64,000 bases of DNA from an uncultured delta proteobacterium (GCA_963802945.1 CAWDKY010000017.1:224001-288000); one strand, 5' to 3'. Counted from the first letter of the stretch, positions 9,115-20,504 are shown. The notes: generated by a model from the sequence alone, not told the origin. A program made the numbers and translations.

Positions 9115-10411
9115 GTTTTCCTTTTCTGGTTTTTCTCATCCATTTTTTTGGGTAAGGAGTTCTTTTTAGTATCTGTCCCGGGCTTACCGGATATTTATAT
9201 AGAGCGGCTGGTTTTCATCGCCCTCGCGGCGGTTTTTTTATACCTGATTTGGATGAGGAGGGAGCGTCTTTTGCCGAACACGGCCATAGAGTATTGGATG
9301 ATTTTATTGCTGGTCGTTTCATTGGTTTCTATGAGTCTGACGGGTTTCTTGGCGATTTCGAAGAGATGAACTGCAACCCTTTTCTATGTTCCTGAGTGGT
9401 TTTCTCTATCCTTTTTTCTTTTATTATTTTGGGAAGACAATAATCCATACTGAGCAGAGAATCCGGATTCTCCTTTGGGCTTTTTTCCTGTTATTTATGT
9501 ATCTGGTCATAACCAGCTATCTGGAGCATTTTAAGATTAATAGCCTGATCTTTCCCAAGTACATCACCAATCCTCTGGTGGGAATTCAATTTGGTCGGGC
9601 TCGGGGGCCTTTTGGTGTTTCCTCGGTTAACGGTTGGTTCATAAGCTCTCTGTTTTTCCTCACCCTCTTTTTGAGATCGAGGATTTCGGGTGAAGCCATG
9701 CGGTTTTGGATGCTCTTATTCTTATTTTTAACCATTCCTGCTATTTTTTACACCTATACCCGATCGTCATATCTATCTTTTCTGTTACCCCCCCTGGTAG
9801 TTTTTGTTTTTTCCAAGGGGATGATCTTTAAGAGACGCTTTCTGGTTTTCCCCTTGGTGATCCTAATCTTTTACGTTTTTGTGAACTGGCAAAACGTGGT
9901 TAGTCAGGAACGGGAGTTGGGTGGGGTTTACCAGGTTGCGGAAGTCAAGGATCGACTTGCCCTTTATGCGGCTACCAAGGCCATTTTTAAGGAACGTCCC
10001 ATTTTCGGCATCGGCTTCGGGCGGTTTGGAAGAGAGGCTAACCTCTATGTGACAGGCCTCGGTCTCAGGACCAATGTCGGTGCGACTGCCCAGCACAACC
10101 TTTTTTTCTCACTGGTGTCCGAGGTGGGACTCATAGGGCTGATACCCTTTGTTCTGCTCCTTTTTTTTAGCCTGAGGTACAGTTGGCTTTTGTTTCGCAA
10201 TTTAGGAGAAGAAGGGGTGATCAGCCGTGACCTGGTGATCACCTTCTGGGCCATGATGATTATTTATTTGGTCAATTCCTCTTTTACACAGACCCAGTTC
10301 TTTACCTCTGCTAATTCCTTTATTTTCCTATGGATCGGCATCGTGGTGGGACTCTATCAGAGAAACGTAATACAAGTTCCTGATGAAGGGTTTGAACGGA
10401 ACATATCGTGA
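9019..10411 (+). pseudogene. wzy: Wzy/O-antigen ligase-family polymerase split by one frameshift near 9360-9369
   Basis: ORFs 9019-9369 and 9386-10411; RARGPF, TYTRS, PIFGIGFG and HNLFFSLVSEVGLIG motifs. The second frame is open upstream (GAT GAA CTG CAA CCC). Confidence 0.8.
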
Positions 10412-10468
10412 GACCTTCCTGATGCTAAGATTTAAGACCGGCAACCAAGAGGAGATCCCTTAATAAAG

Positions 10469-11509
10469 GTGAATAAATGTTACCATCCATTGTCTCTGAG
10501 GCTGAAAGGTTTCATCTGGAATCTGGCCTATATCTCTGGTCTCCTCTTTTTGTTGGAAAGGATAAAAAGTAAGCCGGCTGATAAGGGTATCATATTTTTC
10601 TATCATCGTATTCATCCCAATTTCAAGAGCGATTTTTGGAATTTAAGTATCCCCCCATCTCTTTTTCAAAGACAATTATTTCTGATTCAAAAAAAAGGAT
10701 CTTTTGTTGGCCTGAGGGAGTTTTTAGAGCCAAGCCAAAAGAGGCCTTCTTCTTCCAGAACTCCTCAAATAGTCCTGACCTTTGATGATGGGTATCGGGA
10801 TGTTATAGATTATGCTTGGCCGATCATGCGGTCATTGAGCATCGTTCCCCATCTGTTTGTGTGTACTGATCCCCTGCTCCGGGGGATCCCCCTTATCTGG
10901 GATCTCTTGGCCCGAGCTGTACAAGATTTTCCGAGAAAGGAAATTCATTTCAGGGATTCTTCCGGACAGGTTCGCTCCTTTTTATTGCAAAACGACACAG
11001 ATAAAAGGATTTGTGTCGATCAATTGAATCAAACCCTTTTAGGGGTCAGTCGGAAAAAATTGAAAAAGGCCCTGGATGATCTATTCCTATCCTTAGAGAA
11101 AATAAGTACGGCAGACCTGGCCGGAATGTATCTAAATCTGGACCAAGCCAGGATCTGTCTTCAGGAGGGAATTGAAATTGGAGCCCACACGGTTTCCCAT
11201 CCTTATTTAACTAAGATCCCTAACACGGAATGGGAGCAGGAGATTCGGGGTTCGAAAATAGAACTTGAGTCCCTTCTAGGCCGGGAAGTCCCCTATTTTT
11301 CTTATCCATCCGGAGAATTCAATGCTGAAGTCAGAGAGTATGTCCGGCAAAGCGGGTACCAGGCTGCCTTAGCTACCGGGAAAAGGCCAGTTTTTTTAGA
11401 TGATCAAGATCCTTATTCTGTTCCCCGGTTTTGTCCCGCCAGGGTGATCTCTATGGGAAAATTCTATGCCTTGGTCTCCGGGGTAAAGCCGGAATGGTTC
11501 ACCCAGTGA
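10469..11509 (+). CDS. Polysaccharide deacetylase (NodB/CE4)
   Basis: FYHRI, LTFDDGY, IGAHTVSHPYL and FSYPSG motifs. Confidence 0.92.
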   Translation: MNKCYHPLSLRLKGFIWNLAYISGLLFLLERIKSKPADKGIIFFYHRIHPNFKSDFWNLSIPPSLFQRQLFLIQKKGSFVGLREFLEPSQKRPSSSRTPQIVLTFDDGYRDVIDYAWPIMRSLSIVPHLFVCTDPLLRGIPLIWDLLARAVQDFPRKEIHFRDSSGQVRSFLLQNDTDKRICVDQLNQTLLGVSRKKLKKALDDLFLSLEKISTADLAGMYLNLDQARICLQEGIEIGAHTVSHPYLTKIPNTEWEQEIRGSKIELESLLGREVPYFSYPSGEFNAEVREYVRQSGYQAALATGKRPVFLDDQDPYSVPRFCPARVISMGKFYALVSGVKPEWFTQ

Positions 11510-11852
11510 TATGGTCTTTTCCTTTTTTTAACAGGACAAAAAAATTTTATGTCAAAACCCCCTGAATACCCCGTGCGGAAGCATGGGGTTATTTACTTAT
11601 AAAGAGGTGGATGAACTGCTTCGGGGGAAGGGGATAGGCAAGGCTCTTATTGCTAAAGTCCTTAAGATGTTTGCCGAGGCTGGATGGAGATACACCTTCT
11701 GCCACATCCCCCCTAAGAATACGACTTCCATAAGGGCAGTTGAAAGTTGCGGCTTTAGAAAGATGGAATTGGTCCGGTTTGTCGAGATGGTTGGTTTCAA
11801 ATGGAAAAGCAAGAAGATCGAGGATTTCCTGGTAAGGGGGATAGGGGATTGA
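11506..11852 (+). pseudogene. GNAT acetyltransferase remnant (C-terminal part)
   Basis: Acetyl-CoA motif LRGKGIGKAL and N..SIRAVESCGF are present; the N-terminus is missing or out of frame. Confidence 0.6.
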
Positions 11853-13051
11853 ACCGACACTCTCCCATTAAAGTATTTCATATCACCAATACCCTGAGGA
11901 TCGGAGGGGCCGAAAATGCTCTTTGTCTTTTGGTAAAAAATCTCGATCCCAAACGATTCTCCCCGACAGTAATCTGTATCCGAGCAGGTGGCCCACTGGA
12001 AGAGGATTTGACCCAGGCGGGCATCCCGGTTAAAATTTTGCACAGGAATCTGAGATCAGTACTTCTTTTTCCTCTTTTTCTTTGGGATGTGCTGGTCATT
12101 TTCTGGGATTTGTATCATCTTTTTAAAAGGGAACATCCGGGAATTATTCAAACCCATCTGCCGGCCAGCGATTATTTAACCATAATGGCCGGAATATGGG
12201 TTGGTATCCTGCCCATAATTTATACCTTTCATAGCAGCACCTTTCTTCCAATACGACGAAGGAAAAGTCTTCGGACTTGGTTGAGGATAAAACTTACTCA
12301 ATTCCTCTGTCGACGGGTGCAAATCATTGTGGCTGTCTCTAAAGCCATACAAGACAAATTATTAGAAGTGGTTCCCGGCCAAGCGGACTCTATCCGGGTT
12401 ATTGCCAACGGAATAGATGTGGCTGCTTTTAGATCAAGACAGCCTGAGATGAGAATAAAACAAAAAATAGGGATGAACCAGGAAGATATATTGATTACGA
12501 CGGTTGGCTCATTAAGCTCGGTTAAGAATCAAGCCATGCTTTTAAAGGCAGCATCAAAATTGATTATCGCTTATCCAAAAGTGCGCTTTATTATTGTAGG
12601 GGAAGGGCCACTTAAAGAGGAACTTCTTCTCTTGAAGGAAAACTTGGGTCTTAACAACTATTGTCTCTTTTTGGGTCTAAGGAAGGATATCCCGGAAATT
12701 CTCTCTGATACCGATATTTTTGTCAGCACTTCGCGTTGGGAAGGTCTCCCTCTGGCTATTTTGGAGGCCATGGCCGCCTCGGTACCGATAGTGGCCACGG
12801 CTGTCCCCGGTATTAAGGAGGTGTTGGTGGATGGATCAGGAATATTAGTTCCTTTGAATAATGTGGAAGAACTAAAAAAGGCCCTAGATAGATTGATCAA
12901 GGATCATCAGTTAAGGCAAACAATAGGGAAGAAAGGGCAAGAAAGGGTATCCCATTTCTATTCTTTAAGCACTTTTATTCATCGATGGCAGGACCTTTAT
13001 GAGGAACTGATTTTAAAGGCCGAAGCGAGAAGAGGAGGTTCCGAGCAATGA
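11849..13051 (+). CDS. GT4 glycosyltransferase
   Basis: GGAE, IANGID, EGLPLAILEAMA. The TTG start overlaps the upstream stop. Confidence 0.92.
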   Translation: MNRHSPIKVFHITNTLRIGGAENALCLLVKNLDPKRFSPTVICIRAGGPLEEDLTQAGIPVKILHRNLRSVLLFPLFLWDVLVIFWDLYHLFKREHPGIIQTHLPASDYLTIMAGIWVGILPIIYTFHSSTFLPIRRRKSLRTWLRIKLTQFLCRRVQIIVAVSKAIQDKLLEVVPGQADSIRVIANGIDVAAFRSRQPEMRIKQKIGMNQEDILITTVGSLSSVKNQAMLLKAASKLIIAYPKVRFIIVGEGPLKEELLLLKENLGLNNYCLFLGLRKDIPEILSDTDIFVSTSRWEGLPLAILEAMAASVPIVATAVPGIKEVLVDGSGILVPLNNVEELKKALDRLIKDHQLRQTIGKKGQERVSHFYSLSTFIHRWQDLYEELILKAEARRGGSEQ

Positions 13052-13483
13052 AGGGCAACGAAAACGTATCCTGTATCCGCTAAGGAAGGCAAATAAGATC
13101 TGGGACCAGGCCAGGATGAATATATCATCGGACAGATGGCCAACTGGCAACCGGTTGATAATCATCCCTTACGGCCTTAAACGGCTAAAGGATTTTTAAA
13201 CAGGTGGGGAAAGACTTTGAAAAAGGTTTATTTGGACCTTGCTGAGAGTAGCGCCGGATATTGGCGGGATTCCTGAATTGATCTTCTCCGGTATTCAGGG
13301 TCTGCTTTTTCCTCCCCCCGAAATCCCGAGGTGTTAACCGATCAACTTCTTTCCCAACCTCAACTGGCCAAGCGACTTGGAGAGGAGGTATTAAAGAGAG
13401 TGAAGGTTTCTTTGACTTTGGACCTGAGGCTGAAAAGGATGGAAGACTTAATGATTTCACTCCTTCGACAGCAAGGATTGTAG
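13048..13483 (+). pseudogene. Internally deleted GT4 glycosyltransferase remnant
   Basis: The plus strand reads DIGGIPELI..GLLFPP / NPEVLTDQLLSQPQLAKRLGEE..KRV, a GT4 C-terminus with a frameshift in a C run. An ATG overlaps the upstream stop. Confidence 0.7.
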
Positions 13484-13486
13484 CCG

Positions 13487-14569
13487 ATGGCTCGTGCCAT
13501 CCTGATGATTGGAGCCCATCCTTATCGGGTCAAAGGAGGTGTTTCCGGTTGTGTTCGTAATATCCTCTCTTCCGATATCGTCCAGGAATTTCCAATAGAC
13601 TATATTGCAACCATGGTAGATGGTCCTTGGTTGCTGAAATTAGGAACGGCAATCCGGGCTTTATTTATTTTTTTATTCAAGCTGTCTTTTTCCCGCCCAT
13701 TGCTGGTGCACGTCCACGGCTCGAAAGAAGCCAGTTTTTACCGGAAAATGTTTTTTATGGTCTTGGCCAAGGTATGGAGAAAAAAAATCATTTTTCATTG
13801 TCACAGTGGAAAATTTGATCAATTTTATTTTGGAGAAAAGGATTGGCAGAAAACCCTGATTCGAAGGGTGCTTTCGTTATCTGCCCGGGTAGTGATCCTC
13901 TCTCCCCATTGGGCTCTTTTTTTCTCTCAACTGGTTCCATCATCCAAGTTGAAGGTGCTGGAGAATGCCGTTCCTCTAAATTTATATCAATCGATGAGGG
14001 CCGAATTTCCTAAAGCCTTGGAACCCACTATTCTTTTTGCAGGACTGTTAACCAAAAACAAAGGCATATTCGACCTGATTGCCATTGTCCCTGAACTGGT
14101 TAAAAAGATACCTTCCCTCAAGGTGCTTTTGGCCGGGACCGGAGATGTTCCAAGGATTAAAGCCATACTCCAAAGCAGTCACATCGAAGGATCGGTACAA
14201 CTTTTGGGATGGGTGGATCCGCAGCAACTCATCGAGCTTTACAGTCAGTCGCACCTTTTCGTACTCCCGTCTTACTACGAAGGATTACCGATGGTCCTGT
14301 TGGAGGCTATGGCTTGCGGGCTTCCTATTGTCGGCACCCGGGTGGGAGGAATTCCAGAACTGATTGAGGAAGGGGAGAATGGGATCCTGATTCATCCAGG
14401 GGACCGGGACGCCCTTTTAAATTCATTGGTCTGGCTGTTGAACGACCCGATCCTTCGAGAGCACATGGCCTTGAAAAATGTTCAAAAAATAAAAGAAAAA
14501 TATGATATACCTATGTATATTCAAAAATTAAAAAACCTATACCGAGATATCCTGGGAGAGAAACCATGA
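13487..14569 (+). CDS. GT4 glycosyltransferase
   Basis: KGGV, KNKG, EGLPMVLLEAMACG, VGGIPE. Confidence 0.93.
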   Translation: MARAILMIGAHPYRVKGGVSGCVRNILSSDIVQEFPIDYIATMVDGPWLLKLGTAIRALFIFLFKLSFSRPLLVHVHGSKEASFYRKMFFMVLAKVWRKKIIFHCHSGKFDQFYFGEKDWQKTLIRRVLSLSARVVILSPHWALFFSQLVPSSKLKVLENAVPLNLYQSMRAEFPKALEPTILFAGLLTKNKGIFDLIAIVPELVKKIPSLKVLLAGTGDVPRIKAILQSSHIEGSVQLLGWVDPQQLIELYSQSHLFVLPSYYEGLPMVLLEAMACGLPIVGTRVGGIPELIEEGENGILIHPGDRDALLNSLVWLLNDPILREHMALKNVQKIKEKYDIPMYIQKLKNLYRDILGEKP

Positions 14570-15678
14570 TAAAAAATATCTTGGAAGATTTTAAGGACTT
14601 TGAAGTTTATCAAGGGGAGTGGGAGAAAATCCTGGACAATATGCCCGCGGATTCCCCTTTTTTGACTTATGAATGGCTTTCCACCTATTGGAAGCACTTT
14701 CAGAAAGACGGGAAACTGATGGGCATGGTGTTTAAGGATGAGGCCCAAGTCCAAGGGATTATTCCTTTGATGGTCTATCGTGAAACCATCAAATTTTATC
14801 CCTTGCGTAAAATTTCTTTTGTCGGCCGGAGGTATTCCGATCGGGCCGACTTGATTATCGGCAAGAACAAAGGGAAAGTCATTGATGCCTTAATCCATTT
14901 TTTCGCCGAGGATTTTCGAAATTGGGATGTGATTCATTTGGAACAGATTCCAGAACAATCCGATTCCATTGGGATGTTGCGTCACTGTGCCCGGAAAAAA
15001 GGGTTGTTGTTTGAATGTTGGGAACAGACCGTCTGTCCCTATATTATTCTCAATCAGGAATTGGGCCGGATGATGGAAAAACGGGACGCATCTTTTAGAA
15101 AAGAAATTCGAAAATCGGCCCGAAGACTTCAAGATATGGGAAAGGTCACCTTTTCCCGTTCGATTTCTCATGAGAACATAGATGAATTGATTAAAACGGC
15201 CGCTTTGGTGGATGAAAAAAGTCATAAGTTTCAGGAAGGGAAAACCCTCTTTACTAACTCAGTAACCCGGGAATTTTTAAGGGATGCAACCAAGGCTTTC
15301 TCTCAGAGGAAGTGGCTCGATTTCGCCACCCTGGAGTTGAATGAAGTACCCATCGCCTATGAATTTCATTTCCGCTATAAAGAAAAAAATTTTGCTTACA
15401 CCGGCTCTTATGACCAGGAATATGCTTCCTTTGCCCCGGGAACAGGTATTATGTACCGGCTTATCCAAGATTCCATTGATCAAGGCATAAAAGAATATGA
15501 TCTTCTCCAGGGAGGGCATGAATACAAGTGGCGCTGGACCGATAGGGGACGAAAGCACTATCAGTTGATGATCATTAATAACACCCATTATGCACGAATT
15601 TTCCATTATTTAAAATTCAAATCCCGGAAGGAATGGCGGGAAAAGACGAAGGTTATCGAAGAATCGGCGCAGGATTAA
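14566..15678 (+). CDS. GNAT-fold acyltransferase (CelD/BcsL, Acetyltransf_6 type)
   Basis: SPFLTYEW..W, YASFAPG, YDLLQGGHEYKWRW. Confidence 0.85.
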   Translation: MIKNILEDFKDFEVYQGEWEKILDNMPADSPFLTYEWLSTYWKHFQKDGKLMGMVFKDEAQVQGIIPLMVYRETIKFYPLRKISFVGRRYSDRADLIIGKNKGKVIDALIHFFAEDFRNWDVIHLEQIPEQSDSIGMLRHCARKKGLLFECWEQTVCPYIILNQELGRMMEKRDASFRKEIRKSARRLQDMGKVTFSRSISHENIDELIKTAALVDEKSHKFQEGKTLFTNSVTREFLRDATKAFSQRKWLDFATLELNEVPIAYEFHFRYKEKNFAYTGSYDQEYASFAPGTGIMYRLIQDSIDQGIKEYDLLQGGHEYKWRWTDRGRKHYQLMIINNTHYARIFHYLKFKSRKEWREKTKVIEESAQD

Positions 15679-15699
15679 TCAGATACAGGTCTATCAAAC

Positions 15700-16926
15700 G
15701 TGGAAACACCGAACACCGAATTTCAAACTCCGAACTCCGGATTGGAGGGGCGACGGGTCTTATTCATCGTCGAAAATCTCCCGGTCCCTTTCGATACCCG
15801 TCCTTGGCTGGAGGCCCAGGCCCTCAAAGAAAATGGGATGGAAGTGGCGATTATCTGTCCCAGGGGGAAAGGATACGAAGCCCCTTACGAACAGTTGAAA
15901 GGTATTCATATCTATCGCCATCCTTTTATAGAGGCAGGAAGGGCATGGGAATATCTTTTAGAATATGGGCTGGCCCTGTTTTGGGAACTCGTTTACAGCC
16001 TGAAGATTTTCCGCAAAATTCGATTTGAGGCCATCCATGTGGCCAATCCCCCGGATCTTCTTTGCCTGATCGGCTTGCTGTACAAGTGGAGAGGGATCCG
16101 GTTCATTTTCGACCAGCACGATATCTGTCCTGAGGTTATGGAAGCCAAATTTGGGGGAAAGGGTTTTCTTTTTAAGGCCCTTGTTTTCTGGGAAAAATTA
16201 AGCTATTGGACATCCGATCTGGTGATTGCCACGAACGAATCCTATCGGGATCTGGCCATTCAACGGGGGAAGGTGAACCCTCAAAAAATCGCCGTGGTCC
16301 GGACAGGGCCGGATTTATCAAGGATTCCCTCGGAGATCCCCAAAGACGAATCCCTCAGGCAAGGGAAACGTTTTATGGTCGGTTATGTGGGGGTCATCGA
16401 GAAGCAGGAAGGCCTGGATTATCTGGTTCGGGTGGTGAAGGAGATTGTCCAAGAGTTTGACCGGAAGGATATCCTGTTTATGATCGTCGGCGGAGGAACT
16501 CAAGTTCCTGTTATTCAAGATTTGGTCAAAGAAGAGGGCCTGGAGGAGTATTTCCATTTTACCGGGCGGGTTTCCGATGAAGTGCTTTTTAGCTGGCTGG
16601 GCAATTGTGATGTTTGCGTCAATCCCGACTTGTTTAATGATGCCTCCAATCGATCCACCATGCGCAAGATCATGGAGTATATGGCCTTGGGAAAACCGAT
16701 TGTTCAAACCGAGGTGATCGAAGGCCGTTACACCGCTCAAGAAGCTTCCCTTTATGCCCGGCCCGATGACCAAAGAGACTTTGCCGAAAAGATTCTGTAT
16801 TTGTTGGATCATCCCGAAGAGGCCCAAAAGATGGGATCGATCGGCAAGAAAAGGATATATGAATCGCTTCACTGGGGGATACAAAAACAAAACCTGGTAA
16901 CGGCTTATCAAACCCTATTTTCCTGA
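15700..16926 (+). CDS. GT4 glycosyltransferase (WbuB-like)
   Basis: VENLPVPFDTR, FDQHD.CPE, KIMEYMALGKP. Confidence 0.92.
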   Translation: METPNTEFQTPNSGLEGRRVLFIVENLPVPFDTRPWLEAQALKENGMEVAIICPRGKGYEAPYEQLKGIHIYRHPFIEAGRAWEYLLEYGLALFWELVYSLKIFRKIRFEAIHVANPPDLLCLIGLLYKWRGIRFIFDQHDICPEVMEAKFGGKGFLFKALVFWEKLSYWTSDLVIATNESYRDLAIQRGKVNPQKIAVVRTGPDLSRIPSEIPKDESLRQGKRFMVGYVGVIEKQEGLDYLVRVVKEIVQEFDRKDILFMIVGGGTQVPVIQDLVKEEGLEEYFHFTGRVSDEVLFSWLGNCDVCVNPDLFNDASNRSTMRKIMEYMALGKPIVQTEVIEGRYTAQEASLYARPDDQRDFAEKILYLLDHPEEAQKMGSIGKKRIYESLHWGIQKQNLVTAYQTLFS

Positions 16927-16927
16927 G

Positions 16928-16980
16928 ATTCCCACCCCCACCCCTTCCCCCCTCGGAGGTGGTGAGGGTGGGGGAAATTT
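16928..16980. repeat. GC-rich REP-like palindrome, possibly a terminator
   Basis: attcccacccccacccc...ggtgagggtgggggaaat directly follows a stop codon; a related motif lies at ~54725-54762. Confidence 0.55.
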
Positions 16981-17026
16981 GGTGTTTCCTATATTTAATC
17001 TCCAATTTACCATTTGAAAAGGACGA

Positions 17027-19056
17027 ATGTTTTTTTGGTACCTCAACAGGCTCCGTTTAATGCCTCTTCCCGAAATCGGGCTTCGACTTTATCGCAAGGT
17101 TAGGGCGAAGATATGGAAGATCCTCCTTCCCTGGGCTTGGCGAAGGCCCTTGGCCTTTTCAAAGGCTTTGCCAGAATCACCAGGAGACTGGCTTGTTGAA
17201 CTAAAAAGAAATTTTCCCATAAATTTGGAAGCGGATTTTCTGGAACGATATGCTCGGTATTTCTCCCATTGGCAGGTTAAAGAGGCTGCCGAGAACCTAG
17301 TGAAGGGCAGGATCCCAGTTTTCCATTGGATTTATGATACCGGCGGGGAGATTCCTGATTGGCACCGAGATTTTTTAGCCCCGTGTTCATGGCCGAGGGT
17401 TTTTTTTAATCAATTGAATCATAATGATCTCCGATACGGCCGGGTTATTAATGTCTGGGAGTTAAACCGTCATTTTTATTTTTACGATCTGGGCAAGGCC
17501 TATTATTTTACCCAAGACCCCTCTTTGGCCCAAACTCTTTTAGTCCATCTTGAATCCTGGATTGATCAAAATCTCCCGGGCATAGGCATTAACTGGTACA
17601 GTCCTATGGAAAATGCCATCCGACTGATCAGTTGGCTTTGGGGATTGTTCTTTATTTCAGAGAACAGGGTCGACCCGTTCGGACCTTTCGCCGGTCATGA
17701 CCGATGAAATACAAAAAAAACTCCTGGGTTCCATTTACTGGCAGACCTATTATATTGAAAAGAATCTTTCCAAATATTCTTCAGCCAACAATCATCGTAT
17801 TGGTGAAGCACTGGGCCTTTTCTGGATCGGGTCTTTGATTCCTACTTTTTCCCGGGCCAAGAAATGGAAAGAAAAAGGGTGGGAAATTCTTTGTCAGGAA
17901 ATTGAAAGGCAGATTTTTCCGGATGGGGTCTCCTAAGGAACAAAGCACACGGTATTTATTTTTTCTCTTTGACCTATATTGCCTGGCAGTTCTTTTGGCG
18001 AAAAAGCAAAATCTGGCTATTCCTCAAGTGCTTTTGTGATCGTTTGGAAAAAATTTGTGAATATATCATGGCTCAAATGAATGAAGGAGGAAATCTCCCT
18101 GATCTTGGGGATTCATCGGATGGATTAGCTTGTAAGCTCCACACGACTTCTTTCCATCCTTATCGATCTCTTTTAACCACCGGGGCCATATGGTTTAATC
18201 GGGGAGATTTTAAATATTGGGGGGGAAGCTGGATGAACGAAATTTCTGGTTGTTCAATAAGGACGACCTCGACCGGTATGAACACTTGCAAGAAGATCCG
18301 ACCGAAAGAAAATCCCAGTTTTTCCCGGAGGGAGGCCAAATTGTCCTAAGAAAAGGAAAAGGAAAGGATGAGTCGGTTTTGTCTTTCGATGCCGGTCCTT
18401 TTGGTTTTCTTTCCATCGCCGCTCATGCCCATGCCGATGCCTTGTCGTTCACCTTAAGCTTAGGGGGAATCCCGATTTTAGTTGATCCCGGGACTTACCT
18501 ATATCACGATGGGGGTAAATGGCGTTATTATTTTCGAGGAACCCGTGCCCACAATACCATTGAAGTGGATGGTCAGGATCAGGCCGTTTCCGGCGGACCC
18601 TTTATGTGGCTGACTAAACCTGAAACAGTGGTTAAGAAGGTATCCATGGTTCAGGACCATGTTTTTGTCCATGCCTCTCATAAAGGATACGCCCGTCTTT
18701 CCTTTCCCCTGAATCATGAACGATCCTTTCTCTGGAACCGGCAGAGAGAATCCTGGACTATCAATGATCGTCTAGAAACCCAGGGACCCCATCTTATTCG
18801 GCAGACTTTTCATTTTCATCCCCTTTGCCGGGTGCAGTCTCTAAAACCCGGTCTTTTCGAAGTTTCCATTGATAAACCGGTTCTTTATTTGGAACTGGAT
18901 TCCCGATTTCAACCTTCATTACATCGGGGCGAAGAAGATCCCATCTGGGGCTGGAATTCCGGATGTTTTGGGGAAAAGGTCCCGGCTTTTACCTTGGTGG
19001 GGGAGATGACTATTGAGGAGACAGAAATGCTTCAAACCCTAATGTGGCGGCCGTGA
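17027..19056 (+). pseudogene. Heparinase II/III-family protein with multiple frameshifts
   Basis: Four ORFs join into one protein (VWELNRH, GINW, SANNH, GDSSDG, HAHADALSF, VDPGTYLY, RGTRAHNT). Breaks lie near 17695, 17933, 18033 and 18220. Confidence 0.85.
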
Positions 19057-19130
19057 ACCCTATGAACATTGGTTTTTATTATCACAATATTGCCCGGAGC
19101 TGACTTGGGGCTCATAAGGAGGGTAGTTTT

Positions 19131-20504
19131 ATGAGGCAAGAGAAAGGAAACCTTTTGTGTTTCGATCAAATGGCCCTATGGGTAGTAATCATCCTCTATG
19201 CCCTTATCCATTTCCCCTTTATTGGAATCGGTTTTGGCGAGCCTGATGCCTGGAGAAATGGGTTAAGCGCCCTGGATATTAGGGATGGGCTGGGTTACTC
19301 ACCGAACCGAGTTCCCGGATTCCCGGTTGTAGAATTAAGTTTTGGTTTTCTGGCCAATTGGGTCTCTCCGGATACACTTTGGATTTATACCAATTTATTA
19401 ACCCTTATGGTTTCGCTATTGGGAATGTATTTCTTTTATAAGATAGTTGAATATCACAAGATTCCCCATCCGTTTATCCCTATTTTATTGCTTTATTTTA
19501 TTCCTATTATTTTTACCAATGCCGCTTTTTCCATGGATAATATGTGGGCTATGACCTTCCTCTTAATGGCTTATTGGTATCTCCTTAAGGTTAAACCTTT
19601 TTGGGGGAGCTTATTTTTTGCCTTGGCCATAGGAAGCAGGCTTACCTCGGCGCTTTTTCTTTTTCCCTTTTTTTTCTATATGGTTTGGAATCCTCGGATA
19701 TTTCCAAAGAAAAAATCACTTCGAGGAACTGTTTGGATAGTCATGGCAGTCTTGGCCTGGGCCGTGATCTATCTATGGTTGAACATCAAAGATTTAGGAT
19801 ATCTAAAAGAAAATGCAGTTATTCCCAGGGATTATTTTAGAAGTGGATATTATTTCATTCAGGAAGTTTTTGGGTTGTCTGGGACCTTGTTTTTGATAGG
19901 GATGATCATTGGACGATGGAAAAAATTTCCTTCTCGGACCTGGGAATTATCCTTCCTGATCATGACTCTGATTTTTTATGCCTTTCTTTTTCTCTATCGG
20001 CCAGATAAGATAGCCTATCTTATTCCAGTATTGCCCTTTTTGGTACTTTGGATTTGTCGATGGTTGGAAGGGAAATGGAGTTATTTATTAACAGTGTTGA
20101 TTATCCTTAATAATATACTGTCATTCGCTGTAGTCCAAAATACCCCCCAAGGGTTGGTTGTTAAATGGGTGAGCAAAGGAATTACCTGGGAAAAATACCG
20201 GCACTTTTATCAATATATTAAAGATGTGGATTATTTAATCCACTTTCCTTATCCTCCGGATACCAGAGTAGAAACGGGATGGCATCAGGCAGGAATTTTG
20301 TATCTTCTTAGATTGCCTGAGTATCAGAACCGAAAAAAGGAATTACTCCAAGGGGGAATCATCTTCTCGGACATTTTAGCCCAAGAGAGGAAAAAGAACA
20401 TTTACTGGGTTTTCGGGTCCCTTCCTTATAAAACAGAAAGGCAAGTTTTATCATCGAAAAAATATCAGATGATCTATTTGCCATCATCAAGGACCGGGCC
20501 ATGA
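19131..20504 (+). CDS. Polytopic membrane protein, probable GT-C glycosyltransferase
   Basis: First-loop acidic motif GEPDAW, then RVPGFP; many TM helices; soluble C-terminal tail. Confidence 0.6.
   Translation: MRQEKGNLLCFDQMALWVVIILYALIHFPFIGIGFGEPDAWRNGLSALDIRDGLGYSPNRVPGFPVVELSFGFLANWVSPDTLWIYTNLLTLMVSLLGMYFFYKIVEYHKIPHPFIPILLLYFIPIIFTNAAFSMDNMWAMTFLLMAYWYLLKVKPFWGSLFFALAIGSRLTSALFLFPFFFYMVWNPRIFPKKKSLRGTVWIVMAVLAWAVIYLWLNIKDLGYLKENAVIPRDYFRSGYYFIQEVFGLSGTLFLIGMIIGRWKKFPSRTWELSFLIMTLIFYAFLFLYRPDKIAYLIPVLPFLVLWICRWLEGKWSYLLTVLIILNNILSFAVVQNTPQGLVVKWVSKGITWEKYRHFYQYIKDVDYLIHFPYPPDTRVETGWHQAGILYLLRLPEYQNRKKELLQGGIIFSDILAQERKKNIYWVFGSLPYKTERQVLSSKKYQMIYLPSSRTGP

Noticed and set aside
9367-9369. 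Selenocysteine or stop-codon readthrough at TGA in wzy
   Set aside because: The downstream coding sequence is in a different frame, so it is a frameshift rather than recoding.
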